A stretch of DNA of 59,805 nucleotides, counting the filler. It is 4 parts of 4 records of this genome, joined end to end, with 100 filler letters (N's around TTAATTAATTAA, not from the genome) between each part and the next. Parts side by side here need not be neighbours in the genome. Positions count along the whole stretch, not along the records: positions 15,261 to 45,817 come from SRR31156797_5200; 3 more parts are not named here. One strand, 5' to 3'. Positions 19,639 through 32,200 of this stretch are shown here, one piece after another. Made by a program: the position numbers and the translations under genes. Below the pieces are notes generated by a model. It had not been told where the DNA came from and made no database searches. It worked only from the letters and a program-made list of their open reading frames with translations. The number at the start of each line of letters is the position of its first letter. Position 1 is the stretch's first letter.

Positions 19639-20691
19639 TTACTTCCTCCATAAATCAAGCACAATGGGTAAGTGATCGCTAAAACCACCGTGATATTTGT
19701 AACCAACAAATGTTCTAAAAGGCTTGATTCCAAAATGAGTTTCATCTGATTCTAATAAAAAATCAGGCGCGAAAATGCTCATTCCATCCAATTCGCAATA
19801 CAGTATTCCCCTTTTATTAAGAAGAGCACCCGAAACAATAAATTGATCAAGCATTCCCCATTTTCCTTGATATTTATAACTTCCTATACTTCCATTATTC
19901 ACAAAAGATTCTGCTAAATTGTATAGGTTATCATCCGAAATCTCAGCAATTGGAGATCTTGCATTCAATATACTCTTAAGAGATTTATTTCCTGGATGAT
20001 CATTAAAATCTCCCATAATCAGGATTTTTGCCGAAGTATCATCCAATTGTATCGAATCTATAGTGGTTTTTAATAATGTAGCTGCTGATATTCTTTTGTG
20101 TTCAGATTCCAATTGACCTCCCCACCTCGATGGCCAATGATTCACAAACAGATGCATTGTATCAGAGGTGTGCAATTTCCCCTTAACGTATAAAATTTCT
20201 CTTGTTGTCGAGACGTTCTCTCCCTTATACTTCAATTGTAAGAAGTTGGTATCTAAAGGTTGAAATACTTCCGATTGATATATTAATGCAACGTCAATAC
20301 CTCTTCTATCGGGTGATTCGCGATGAATGATTTGATAGTTGATTTTATTCAAATGCCCAATTTTGAATATTCCATCCAAGACAAAACGATTCTCTATTTC
20401 GGAAAGTCCAATGATATCTGGAAACTCCCATCCACCAGCGGCTAAAATTACTTTGGATATTTTATTTGTCTTTTGCTTGTACTTATCCCAGTTCCAGTGT
20501 CGTTCTCCTTCTGGTAAAAATTCATTATCAAGCGTTAAACTATCATCAAAGCAATCAAAACAATTTTCAACATTGTAAAAAATCACTCTTATATCACCAC
20601 GTTTATCCTCCTCCTTACCATTAATAACTGATTGGGAAAGTGCGATTTGACAACTTGTAATTAGAAATAGTAGGGCATAAATTTTCATCAT
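19639..20691 (-). CDS. Secreted endonuclease/exonuclease/phosphatase family protein
   Basis: FYNVEN, EIEN, VNHWPSR, MGDFND, LDQF, FSDHLP; signal peptide. Confidence 0.92.
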   Translation of the reverse strand: MMKIYALLFLITSCQIALSQSVINGKEEDKRGDIRVIFYNVENCFDCFDDSLTLDNEFLPEGERHWNWDKYKQKTNKISKVILAAGGWEFPDIIGLSEIENRFVLDGIFKIGHLNKINYQIIHRESPDRRGIDVALIYQSEVFQPLDTNFLQLKYKGENVSTTREILYVKGKLHTSDTMHLFVNHWPSRWGGQLESEHKRISAATLLKTTIDSIQLDDTSAKILIMGDFNDHPGNKSLKSILNARSPIAEISDDNLYNLAESFVNNGSIGSYKYQGKWGMLDQFIVSGALLNKRGILYCELDGMSIFAPDFLLESDETHFGIKPFRTFVGYKYHGGFSDHLPIVLDLWRK

Positions 20692-22052
20692 TCATTTGCT
20701 TGTAAATACTCGAAGGCACCAATATCAGGAGCAGCATCACTGTTTCTGTTTACTCCATTTTTATCGATTGGATAAAGTAATCCAATTGCAATTTTTCCAT
20801 TGTTTATACCAGGTGAATCAGCATCCAGGTTGAAATCATTATTTTCAGAATCAATAAACAAAGGATTCTCATTAAGTAAACAGTTTGTTAATGAAGATGC
20901 ATATTCGCTTGCTTGCGCATCTGACAACCTCAAAATACAATTCTCAATCTCTATTTTTGAGATGTTCTGCAGACTCAATTCATTACTATGCGATCCCCAT
21001 ATAATACTATTCCCAATGTTGCATGAACCACCTTCTACTAAATCTAAATTTACTACATTGTCAACACGAACTCCATAAATCCATGCATTAAACATACTTG
21101 ATTGATAGAGTTCTACCTTGCTTTGACCTTCGACATTTAAGCACTCCTCACCACAATTTGATACAACTAAATCATGCATCAAAGCATCAACATTGTTTAG
21201 TGAAATTCCTTTTTGACTAAAATTACGAATCGTTCCAAAGCTTAAATTCAACGAATTCTCCTGATTCTTATCTCCTGAAAAATTCAATCCATTTTTACCA
21301 TCTTCAATGGTAAAGTACTGCAATGTATTGTTTAAACTACTTTCAGAAAAATACAATCCATCCCACTGTGCAGGAACATTATCATACAATTCTTCAAATC
21401 TTGAACTCCCGAAATAAACAGGATTTTCAGATGTACCATTTACCATTAGTTGGCCATTAATTTTAAGGCTACCGTTTTTTCGAAAATATACCGATACTCC
21501 TTCATGAATAGTTAAGCTCACATTTTCGGAAACAGAAATAGCCTTCTCGATTAAATAGGGCTTATTTCCCGACCAATCTTGAGAATTGGCTACATTATCA
21601 CTGACAAGAGTTACATCTTGCGCATAGGTCTCTAAAATGACTCCCTGAAGATTTTCATTTATCTCACAAACCAAAATATCTTCCAATTTCTTTGCTTCAT
21701 CTATACCAGTTGGCTGCAAATCGACCTCAATAAATACAAAAAGGCTATCATTAGCATTGATTTCAATATCGGTAAACTGAACAGAAGGCTCTCCATTCAC
21801 ATTTAATCGATAGGGAGAATTGTCATTGTAAAGAAAAATTCTGGAAAGTTTGGCCTTGGATGAAGACTTATTGTAAATTTTTAGCTGTTTTGTAGTAGAT
21901 CCAAATCCAGTTAATAGTGTATCAAAGGCAACAGTATCTGTTGAAAAAGAAAGTCTAAAATCAGGATTAATATTGTAATCATCATTCTTTTCACAGGAAA
22001 TGATAATAAGGGTAAGTAATACTGCGGCTACAATAAATCCAATTTTCTTCAT
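20688..22052 (-). CDS. Lipoprotein with Ig-like N-terminus and right-handed beta-helix
   Basis: Lipobox IIIS-C; LSFSTDTVAFDT; WDGLYF; C-terminal DFNLDADSPGIN...PDIGAFEY. Confidence 0.75.
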   Translation of the reverse strand: MKKIGFIVAAVLLTLIIISCEKNDDYNINPDFRLSFSTDTVAFDTLLTGFGSTTKQLKIYNKSSSKAKLSRIFLYNDNSPYRLNVNGEPSVQFTDIEINANDSLFVFIEVDLQPTGIDEAKKLEDILVCEINENLQGVILETYAQDVTLVSDNVANSQDWSGNKPYLIEKAISVSENVSLTIHEGVSVYFRKNGSLKINGQLMVNGTSENPVYFGSSRFEELYDNVPAQWDGLYFSESSLNNTLQYFTIEDGKNGLNFSGDKNQENSLNLSFGTIRNFSQKGISLNNVDALMHDLVVSNCGEECLNVEGQSKVELYQSSMFNAWIYGVRVDNVVNLDLVEGGSCNIGNSIIWGSHSNELSLQNISKIEIENCILRLSDAQASEYASSLTNCLLNENPLFIDSENNDFNLDADSPGINNGKIAIGLLYPIDKNGVNRNSDAAPDIGAFEYLQANE

Positions 22053-22081
22053 ACTATATGATTTTTAACAAATTTGAAGAT

Positions 22082-22118
22082 AAAAAAAATCCGGTATTTA
22101 TGTATTATACCGGACTTT
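22082..22118 (-). terminator. Intrinsic terminator after porP
   Basis: TCCGGTAT...ATACCGGA stem with an A run on + (U tail on -). Confidence 0.7.
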
Positions 22119-22138
22119 AATTTAACAACTAAATATTT

Positions 22139-23236
22139 TTAAAAGAAGATATAACTCTTACTTTGCCTTTTAATTCTCCTTGTTTTGGTTCTACTAAAAT
22201 TACGATCTGCCGCTCTTCGTTCTCTAAGTCGGTTTTCACGTTTCATTTTATTTGGGATATCAAAATTAATTCCCAGTGTAATCTCATGAGTTCCGTTACT
22301 ACTATCTGCAATTAAATTATCGGTATAATGATCGTAAGAATAACCAATGTAATATTGATTGTAGTTTACCCCAATCATCCCCACAATTTGATCATTAGTA
22401 CGATACGAAGCAGCCATCCAAAAATGATTAATGTACAATTTCATCGTCACATCGTAATACATATCCGAATCCATCGTTTTTCGAACGATAACCGATGGTT
22501 CCAGGTCAATCAAATCTCGTAAGTGAAAAGTATATCCAGCTGTTGCATAAAAGTGACGTAACATTACACCATCATTGCTAATATTATCACCTAGTCTAAC
22601 CGAAGATTCAAACAAATGAACCGCTGATAGTCCTGCAAAGTAATTATCGTTGTACAAATACACCCCAAAATTAGCATCAGGCACATAAGAAACTTCGTCT
22701 GTTCCGGTATACAAAGGGTCATTTACAGGAATATCTCTTCCATCGAACTTGTATTGATAAAAAACACCTCCTAAACCAAAAGCTAACTTCGTTCCTGATT
22801 GCCCTAAGCGCGTTCTGGTTAATTGCAAATGGTAAGAATAAGACAACTCTAATCCTGTTCTTGAAACAGCTCCGGATTTGTCGTTAAAAAAATAACCACC
22901 AACACCTACTCCTCTTTGCTTATTTCTTCGTGCAAGCGGATTACCAACAACATTACAAGTAGTACACTTATTACCTAAATTTTTATTAAAACTTAATGCT
23001 TGAGTTTCTGGTGCTCCCTCAACTCCCGCCCATTGTTGTCTTAAGCTCAATCGCAAAGGTGAATACATTCTACTTCCTGCCATGGCTGGATTTAGAAGAA
23101 AACCATTCTCTACATATTGACTATACAAAGGCAATTGTTGGGCTTTTCCTTGAGAAAGTCCCCACAAGAGGATTCCTAAAACAATTAATGTTTTTCTCAT
23201 TAGAATATTTGGCTCAGGTTTAAAAGTTCGTTTCAT
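22139..23236 (-). CDS. Type IX secretion PorP/SprF family outer-membrane protein
   Basis: AQQLPLYSQY, LNPAMAG, RQQWAG, APETQ, SYSYH, IGYSYD, GTHEITLG; overlaps the adhesin stop (TAATG). Confidence 0.92.
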   Translation of the reverse strand: MKRTFKPEPNILMRKTLIVLGILLWGLSQGKAQQLPLYSQYVENGFLLNPAMAGSRMYSPLRLSLRQQWAGVEGAPETQALSFNKNLGNKCTTCNVVGNPLARRNKQRGVGVGGYFFNDKSGAVSRTGLELSYSYHLQLTRTRLGQSGTKLAFGLGGVFYQYKFDGRDIPVNDPLYTGTDEVSYVPDANFGVYLYNDNYFAGLSAVHLFESSVRLGDNISNDGVMLRHFYATAGYTFHLRDLIDLEPSVIVRKTMDSDMYYDVTMKLYINHFWMAASYRTNDQIVGMIGVNYNQYYIGYSYDHYTDNLIADSSNGTHEITLGINFDIPNKMKRENRLRERRAADRNFSRTKTRRIKRQSKSYIFF

Positions 23237-26200
23237 TATCTTAAAATAGTCACAGTACCCATTATTGGTTTCTCATCATCCAACTCAACGGCGTAGTAAT
23301 ACGATCCTATAGGTAATTTTTTAGTTCCATCAGCACCTTTCCAGGGTTCTCCCCTGTACTCATTACCTGTACCACTAAACTTATAAACTGCTTTACCCCA
23401 TCTATCGTAAATCACTATTTTAAGATCCTGTATAAATTCAATTCGTTCGATATCCCAGTAATCATTGTATCCATCAGCATTTGGTGTAAATGCCTTAGGT
23501 ATTCTTACTCGTCTCTCGAACAGGTATTCAAGTACTATAGTTGAATCAATCTGGCAATTATTCTGATCCGTAATTGTCAGCTGATATGTACCTCTTTCTA
23601 AATCATTAATATCCGCTCCTGTATAAGAATTCAAGTCCTGATCTACCCAATCCAACATATAGTCTGGCACACCTCCAGTAACGTCTATATTCAATCCTCC
23701 ATCCATAGAATCGAAAGTAGTTGGACGAATAACTTCTACTTCCATTGCCAATGGTTCAGGTTCAAAAATCTCGATACTAGAAACATCTGTACAGCCTTGC
23801 GTATCAGTTACAGAAACTTCATAAACTCCAAGTTTTAAGTCAGTAGCTTCCTGAGTATCCTGACTATCAGACCAAATTATGGTATAATCCGGTGTTCCAC
23901 CAGTTATGTCAACATAAGCTCTTCCCGTACCATCTCCATGGCACAATACGTCAGTGTAATCGTTAATTTCGGCAATTAAAGTATCCGGCTCATTAAGCGT
24001 GAAGTTATCACTAACACTACAGCCATTATCATCAGTCACTGTAAAATTATAAAGTCCATTCTCTAGTTCCTCAATATTCTGAGTGATACTACCATAATTG
24101 TCCCATTCAACTAGATAAGGTGCAGTTCCATTTTCTATTTTCAAATGTATCCAACCATTTTCGTAACCATAGCAAGTTGGTTCCTTAAAATCTTCAACTG
24201 AAACATTTAAAGCTGGAGGTTCAACAATCTCAATATCTTGAGGTTTTGAAACACATCCATTATAATCTGTTATCTCAACCGAATAAATACCGGGTGCCAA
24301 ATTCTTCTGATCTTCATCAGTTGCAACGACACCGGTTCCGGTCCAAACACATGTATAACCTGGTGTTCCTCCTTGTGGCTGAATATTAATATATCCATCA
24401 TTCATTCCAGGACAGGAAATATTTACCAAATTGTATTCAATTTTTAATAAATCAGGTTCATCAATAGTAACGATAAGCTTTTGTTCCTCATAGCCTGGCT
24501 CACCTCCTGAATCATATAGAGTTAACTCATACTGTCCAGCCAACAGGTTGCTGATATCCTGATCATTACTTCTAAAATAATTATCGCTTTTCCATGTAAA
24601 TGTGAGATTTGCAGGATCACTAGCTCCTTCAACACCAATTGTAATTGATCCAGTATTTTCTCCTGGGCAAACTACATGTACTACCGAAGTCGTATATAAC
24701 AAGAGCTTAGTAGGTTCGTGAACCTTCTTTGTTCCTTCAATTCTACATCCATTATCATCAATAACCGCAACTTCATAAACTCCCATTTCTAACCCGGCAA
24801 CTGTTAAAGTTCCTGATGTATTTCCTATTTCAGAAAATGAATAACCTTTTGGTCCTGAAACTAATACAGTATAAGGGGCAGTTCCATTTCCAAAATTAGC
24901 TGTTAAGGTTCCATCTCTCTCACCTTCAATAGATATATCTGTGGCATTAACGGATAAACTCAGCGGATCTGGTTCTGTAATCACCTGATTACCTTCAACA
25001 AAACAGCCACTAACAGTTGACACTTTATAATTATATGTCCCAGGTTCTAAATCTAAAATTCGTTTGGCTGATGATAAAAATCCATTATCACTAGTCCACT
25101 CAATAGTATAATCAACACCTCCAGTTTCAATAGCCAATTCAATCATTCCATCAGCTGACTGATAACAAGTTACATTATTAAAACTTGCAACATTTGCAAC
25201 AATTGGATCAGCTGGTAACATTTCAAAATTAGCATTCGCAATATTTCCACCATCACTAACTGTCACACTATAAACACCAGCCACTAATCCTGTTATATCT
25301 TTTGTTGAAGCAGAAAATCCTCCCGGTCCTGTCCATGAATAAGTATAAGTTCCTGTACCTCCGGCAACTACAACCGTCAATTCTCCGTCTGATCCTCCAG
25401 TACAGCCATTAGGCTTAACTTGCTCAACATAAGCGAATAACCCTTCTGGTTCTTCAATAATAATTGACTTTTCAACTGTCGCACATCCTGATGCATCACT
25501 AGCAATAACCGTGTAAACTCCTGCAGGTAAATCTCCTTCTAAATAATAATGATCATCAAAATTATCCGGACTATTAATTGAAATTCCAGGTCCACTAATT
25601 GTAAATGTATAAGGAGTTGTTCCCTCTAAAATTTCAAGAGCCAAAATTCCAGTAATAGTCCCGGCTGTTTTCACATGTTGTTCAACTACCAATCCTAATT
25701 GAAGAGTAAGACCAAGATCCAAATCAACAACATCGGACGAGGAACAATTTTTCTTATCCGTAATTTCTAAATGGTATTCACCTGATACAAGATTCTCAAT
25801 ATTCTGATCGTAAGATTTATAATCATTTGGTCCGGTCCAAGAAAATGAATAACCTTCATTTCCTCCGAATGGAGTTATGTGAATAATTCCATCTTCAGTT
25901 TTTTCGCAAGAAGGTAAAACTTTATCTGCAACTTGAAATCTTATTTCTGAAGGCTCTGTTATTTCAATATCCTGATCGTATATACACCCGTGTGCATCAA
26001 TGATGCGTAATTCGTAATTCTCAGGGGCTAAACCTTTGAATATTCCTGTTGCATCTTCCACTCCATCAAGCAAATATCTATAGTTTGGAGTACCTTGACC
26101 TCCTATAACAAATAGCTCACCTGTTGATTCCCCATGACAAGTGGCAGGTTCAATAACTAACTCTTCTGCAATGAGTTCCTTAGGTTCAGATAAGTCGTTT

Positions 26201-29200
26201 TCTTCTTCTGCAATACATCCTGAATCATCAGTAACAGTTAATTTATATGTACCACCAGACAAACCAGAAATATTCAAATCTGTTGAAGAAAATCCATCAG
26301 GTCCCGACCATGAATAGGAATAGTCTGGAACTCCACCAATTACAGTAGGTGAAAATTCTCCATTACTTTCTCCATAACATCTTAAGTCCATTCCATTTAA
26401 TGAAAGCTCAATTTCAGGATTCGAATTTAGAGTAATCTCAACTTCATCCGTTTTACAATTGTTTTCATCCTGAACGAAAATTTTATAATCTCCAGAAAAC
26501 AGATCTGTAAAATTTTCATCTGCTTGAATTTCTCCATCCAGGTAATAAGATAAATCTCCTGTTCCACCCGAAGCTGAAATGTTTATTTCTCCTTCCGGAA
26601 CTGTAAAACATGATAAATCTTTAGTATCGATATCATCTATCAATAATTTATATGCATCGAAAATATTTACTATGGTATCGAACTCACAATTTTTACCATC
26701 AGCAACAGTAACGTAATATTTTCCAGGTGCCAAATTGATTGCTGTATTTTGCCACTCCGTTTTATCTGTAGTATTGGTTGGCTCGACACCATCTTCATCT
26801 TTCCAATAAAATTGATATTCCGGATATTGAACTGATTTAACTTTTGCAACAACATGACCATTATTTTCTCCAAAACACTTCACATTGTTTGCAGTAATTT
26901 CCAAAGAAACAGTTGAAACTTCACCAAGTGAAACTTCAATTATAGATTCAATAATACATGGAGTAGCTTCGTTAGTTAATCCATAAATTACTTCAACTTT
27001 ATAAAATCCATTTTCAGTAACTTCAATCACTGCATTTGTTTCTCCATCCATCACTTCATAAGGATCAGCTGCTCCATCAATACTATAATACCATTGAAAA
27101 GTTGTGGAATTATTAATTGGAAATCCTTTAACATGATCAAGAACAGCAACATTACTACACCACTCTTCTTTAGGCAAATCAAAACTATCTTCAAATGATG
27201 GTGGATTTTCTTCACCACTAGGATCAATATATTCTTCAAACCCTGTACTGCGTATATTATCGTATTTGTATTTTACCAAGTGATTTAGTCCTGATCCCGA
27301 AGTTCCCTGAATATCAGTAAGTGATGCATTGTATATTTTCTCAAAAATACCAGATGGTTTATTAATAAATGCAGGAGATCCTGGTGTACTTGCTTTAAGA
27401 AAAACATAGGAACAACGCACACCTTCCATCTTTAAATCATACTCAATGGTAATCAGTTTTCCTGATTCAATGATATTATCTTCATACCCTAGAGTAAACT
27501 CCAGATTTGAGAATGAATTTTTTCCAAATATTTTTCCCTGCTCTAAAAATCGAACTGAATTAAAATGCCCATGTTCTAAATCAGAAGAACTAGTAATATT
27601 AATAACACCATTATTAAAGAAATCAACAAAACCGAAATTTACATCACCATCTGTTCTACAATAAATTCCGCCACCATTGATAAAAGTAATTTTAGAATCT
27701 GTACTTATAAATTCCAATCCTCCAGTGGTATTCATTATCATATTCCAGCCGGCAATTTCATCAGAACTTACTGTAACCAAAGAATTCGACATGTCAAATT
27801 TACGAACTGCATCAAAATCATCTAATGAAAGTGAACTAAATTTACTCACTGTAAAATTATGACCTTGAGTAGAAACAGATCCTGCCTCAATAAATAAATC
27901 ACCTGATGTAATCAATCCTGATTTCCAAATCCACGATTGTCCGTTTCCTTGAAATCTAATATCTCCATCCATTGATTTTTCTGCAAAATCGACAATCTTA
28001 TCTCCTAAAATTCCATCACCGATAAACTCAAAAACACCTTGCATATCCAAAGTCATACTTTCCGCAAGATCCATAAATCCACCAATTTGTAGTTTTGAAT
28101 TTATTGAAAAATTCGCATCTGGATCGATATCATCTTCCCATGTCATATTGTGACAACGTGCGTCAGCAGTAATTTCCACTAACTTACTTCCCAGAAATGA
28201 GTTTTCAGTAAAAAATACGTCATCGTTAAGAGTTGGAATACAACCTTCTTCACTTCCATCGGCAGTCCTACTCCAGTTTTCATGATTGTGCCAACTATCG
28301 TCAACTCCATTACCTGTCCAATATAACGCTATTGGTGCAATTGTCTCATCAGTATTCCAGCCAACCACATTTCCAAGTTTGAAGGAATTTGTTGCAGTAT
28401 AACTTACTCCACTCGAAACATCAGCATGAATATCTTTTAATTCAAGAAAATTACCAACTACATTATTCTTAGACACAATAAATGTCTCGTTACCAACACC
28501 TTCCTTCGAAGAGTGAATATATATTGGTGCAAAACAACTTCCCTCTACCAATAAATTATCTGTAGTAATTGTTTTTCCTTTTTCAAATTTAAACTCGAAA
28601 CCTCTCGATAACTCAAGTGTTCCGAAACTATTGTTCTTACCATTTATATTACCGTTCCCCTTAAATAACAAATGAGATGCATATACATCCAAACCTGAAA
28701 ATCCTGACTCTAATTCACCATCGTTTTCAAATATCAAATTGTTAAAGCTAATACTGTGAGCACCAGTCCCTACTAAGACAAGCTCTGCATTATCAGCCAA
28801 TTTCACTGTACTATTATCGGATATCAATTCAAATCCTTGATCATAAAATTCATCAGCTAAATTAATATAAACTGATCTTCCCGATCCATCTTCACTACCG
28901 TTAATAATAACATTGGAATTTGTAATGTCCAGTCCTCTTGAATTAATTCCCTCCGGTGTATCAGTAGATGTTAAACTCTTACATTCCAGCAAGTTTCCAT
29001 TTGCAACAAGCTTACCATGACGGATAAATAAATCTCCTTCAGTTTGAAAATCTGATAGCATGTTCCAAACTCCATTTTTTCCATCAAATTCAACATTATT
29101 AGGAAATATATAACCAAAAGTGTTAATATTCTGAGCTTCTGTAGCTCTAAAATAGAAATCTACCATTGGTGATAAATCAATATTAACCTGGGAATTTAAT

Positions 29201-32200
29201 ATTAATGATCCATAAATATAAACACCAGAAATATCGGTAGCTCCCATCTCGAAATTAGGTCGAGCTGTTTCAGATCCCGTCCAATCCATTGTACGACAAC
29301 GAATGTCTCCTGCTCCGGTATATACAATCTGATCGAAATCAGTAAATGAATATTCCGTAAAATAAACATTATCTTTTGCTGTTGGAACACAACCATCTGC
29401 TACTGTAGCAGTTGGAAAAGTTGCCCAATGGTTAGGATCATCCCAGTTTCCTGTTCCACCAATCCAATACAAGTCATCACCAACTGGCTCATCTTCAAAT
29501 TTCCACCCAGTGGTATTACCTAAATCCAGAGAAGTTTTAGCCACAAAAACGTCAACAGGATCTGCATTAATGTTTAGAAGATTCACAGAATTCACCTCAA
29601 TATCAGCAACTCCAGTTTTTGCTTTAAATATTGCGGCATCCGAATCAGAACCTGTAATATCAATAGTTCCTTCACAAGCTCCATTGGCAATTACATCGCC
29701 CAATATATACGTTTGCCCACTTTCAAAAACATATGTTTTACCAACTGCCATTTGAATGCTGGCGGCTGTAAATCCTATTTTCGAAGTATTTGTTTTACGG
29801 AAATAAGTATTTCCATTAAATACCATTACATTAAAACTAACATCATTAGCAAATACATCTAAATAAGCATTTCCATCACTTTCATTATAGGTTATATTGT
29901 TAAAATTCAATATCTCATCACCCTGAGAAATAACAAATTCTCCAGCAACATTGAATTCAATTAATGATGTTCCAGAATTTAATGTGAAAGCTTCAGCAGA
30001 AACCTCCATTCGTTCTAGACTAACAGTAGAAGATCCTAAATCCAAACTTCTTACATTATCAACACCAAAATTAGATAGAAATTCTTTTGTCTCTATATTA
30101 TAATTTGCTGTTACTAAATTCCCATATTTGAGAACAATTGATCCAATGGTAATTAAATCAGCATCTAATGTCCATGTGCCAAAATCCCAACTACCATCTT
30201 CCTGTTCGTTACCTTCAAACTTTAAGTCACTCGAAAGTTGAATTACTCCAGTTCTTATAATTTCAGCCTCTTCTGATTTAAAACTAATCTCTCCAGAAAA
30301 ATTATTTTGTCCATCTGTCATTCCTGTTATGTCAAAACTACCAAAAACATTCAATGACTGATCTCCATTAAATGTCATTCCTGTAGCATCTTTCCAGGTC
30401 ATATCGTTACATTCTGCAATTTTACCCTTTGTTGATATGTTTACAATTGAGCTTCCTGTAACTTTTGCATCTTCAAAAAACACATTATCCTTACGGGTAG
30501 GGATACAACCAACATCCCAGTTTCCCGCCTCAAACCAATCATCATTTACATCTCCAGTCCAGTAAACATTACCTCCCATCAAATCATCTGGAAATACCCA
30601 ACCATCATAGCCGGTAACACCTATTGATTCTCGCGCTTCCAAAACTCCAGCAAATCCACCAGTTACATTTACATTCTCAACTCTAATCCTAACAATATCG
30701 GTTGAATTCACATCGCATTGCAGAAAAGCAATACCACCGTTACCTTTTAATGTAATATTCTCGGAACAAGTACCTTGTGCACTAAAACCATCTCCAACAA
30801 GTATCTTCTGAACACTTCCTTCTTCAAAAGTATATTCATTTCCTTTTGATAAAATCAGTTTCGAATATTGATGGTTACCCACAATATTTGCACTTCCATT
30901 AAATTTTAGCTCTTCAAATTCAGGATCTGAAGTATCATCACCATTGGTTAAAAAGACTAAATTATCAAGTGGATTAAATACAACTTTTCCATACTTAACC
31001 CCATCGGGTAAAGCATTGTAAAACTCTGCTCCGCTTTGTGTTAATGTAATTACCGATCCCGTTTGAACCAATATAAAATTACTACCTTCAGCACTCCAAG
31101 CTTTTGTTACTCCTTCATTAATTTTAACATTTGTATTCGTAATGTCAAAAGTACGCGGCAACATGGAATTGGAAGTAAACTGATCAATAGAAATTACATT
31201 TCCATTGGCTTTAAAGGTTCCTGAGTTTATATTTAAAATATTGTCAATATTTAATTCGGTAAGTAAACTCCATTCTCCAGTGCCATCAACAACCATAGAA
31301 CCTGCCATTGTAGCATTAATGGAAATTGTATTTCCTAAAGCTGTACCTTTAAAACAAGTTTCGCCATCGTATGCCCAAGTAGAATTTGTAGCGGTTAATG
31401 ATCCATAAATATCTAAAATTCCAGATCCACCCAAAGTTGCATTATCATCTATTTCCAATGACTTACATTCAGCAGGAATATCTATTTCTACAGTTGAACC
31501 AAGTGGTATAATTGCATTATTATTTCTGGAAGGAACACAATTATCACTCCAGTTACTTGGAGTTCCCCAATTGTTATCAGTAGCACCTGTCCATGTATAG
31601 TCAGCAGATGAAGGATCGCCAAAAGTCCAGGCTGTATTACCACCTAAATCATAAGAATTATTTGCATTGAAATTAACCGCAGCTCCACTAGCTGATATAT
31701 TCTTAACTTTCAGATAATTTAAATCAACATTTTCCGCTGAAATAAAACCTCCGGAATTTGCTCCATTAATAGTTATATAAGCATAACACTCTCCTTTTGC
31801 TATAAATACATCTTGAACATTTTGTACTCCATCGCTATCAATTTCGTATGTAAAGCCCTGAGTGAATTCTAATTCCTGAAAGTCATTTTGCCCTTGCAAA
31901 CGACCATTCTGTCTAAAAATCAACTTATTAAACGATGCCTGAAGAGCGGATGTTGAAACAATCCCAGAATTTCCTTCAAACACAACATCATTAAAATCAA
32001 TACTTTTTGTGCCTGATGTTTCTATTGAAGAATTATTTGAAAGAATGCTTATTTTAGAATCTCCAGGAGTAATATTTAAATTTCCTGTCTGTATTGATAT
32101 AACCGAACTTCCACTTTTATTCAGGTTAATGTTTGATGAATTCAAGAACAATTCTCTTGATACCGAATTCTCAGATATAAACCTTCCACAATTCATATCT

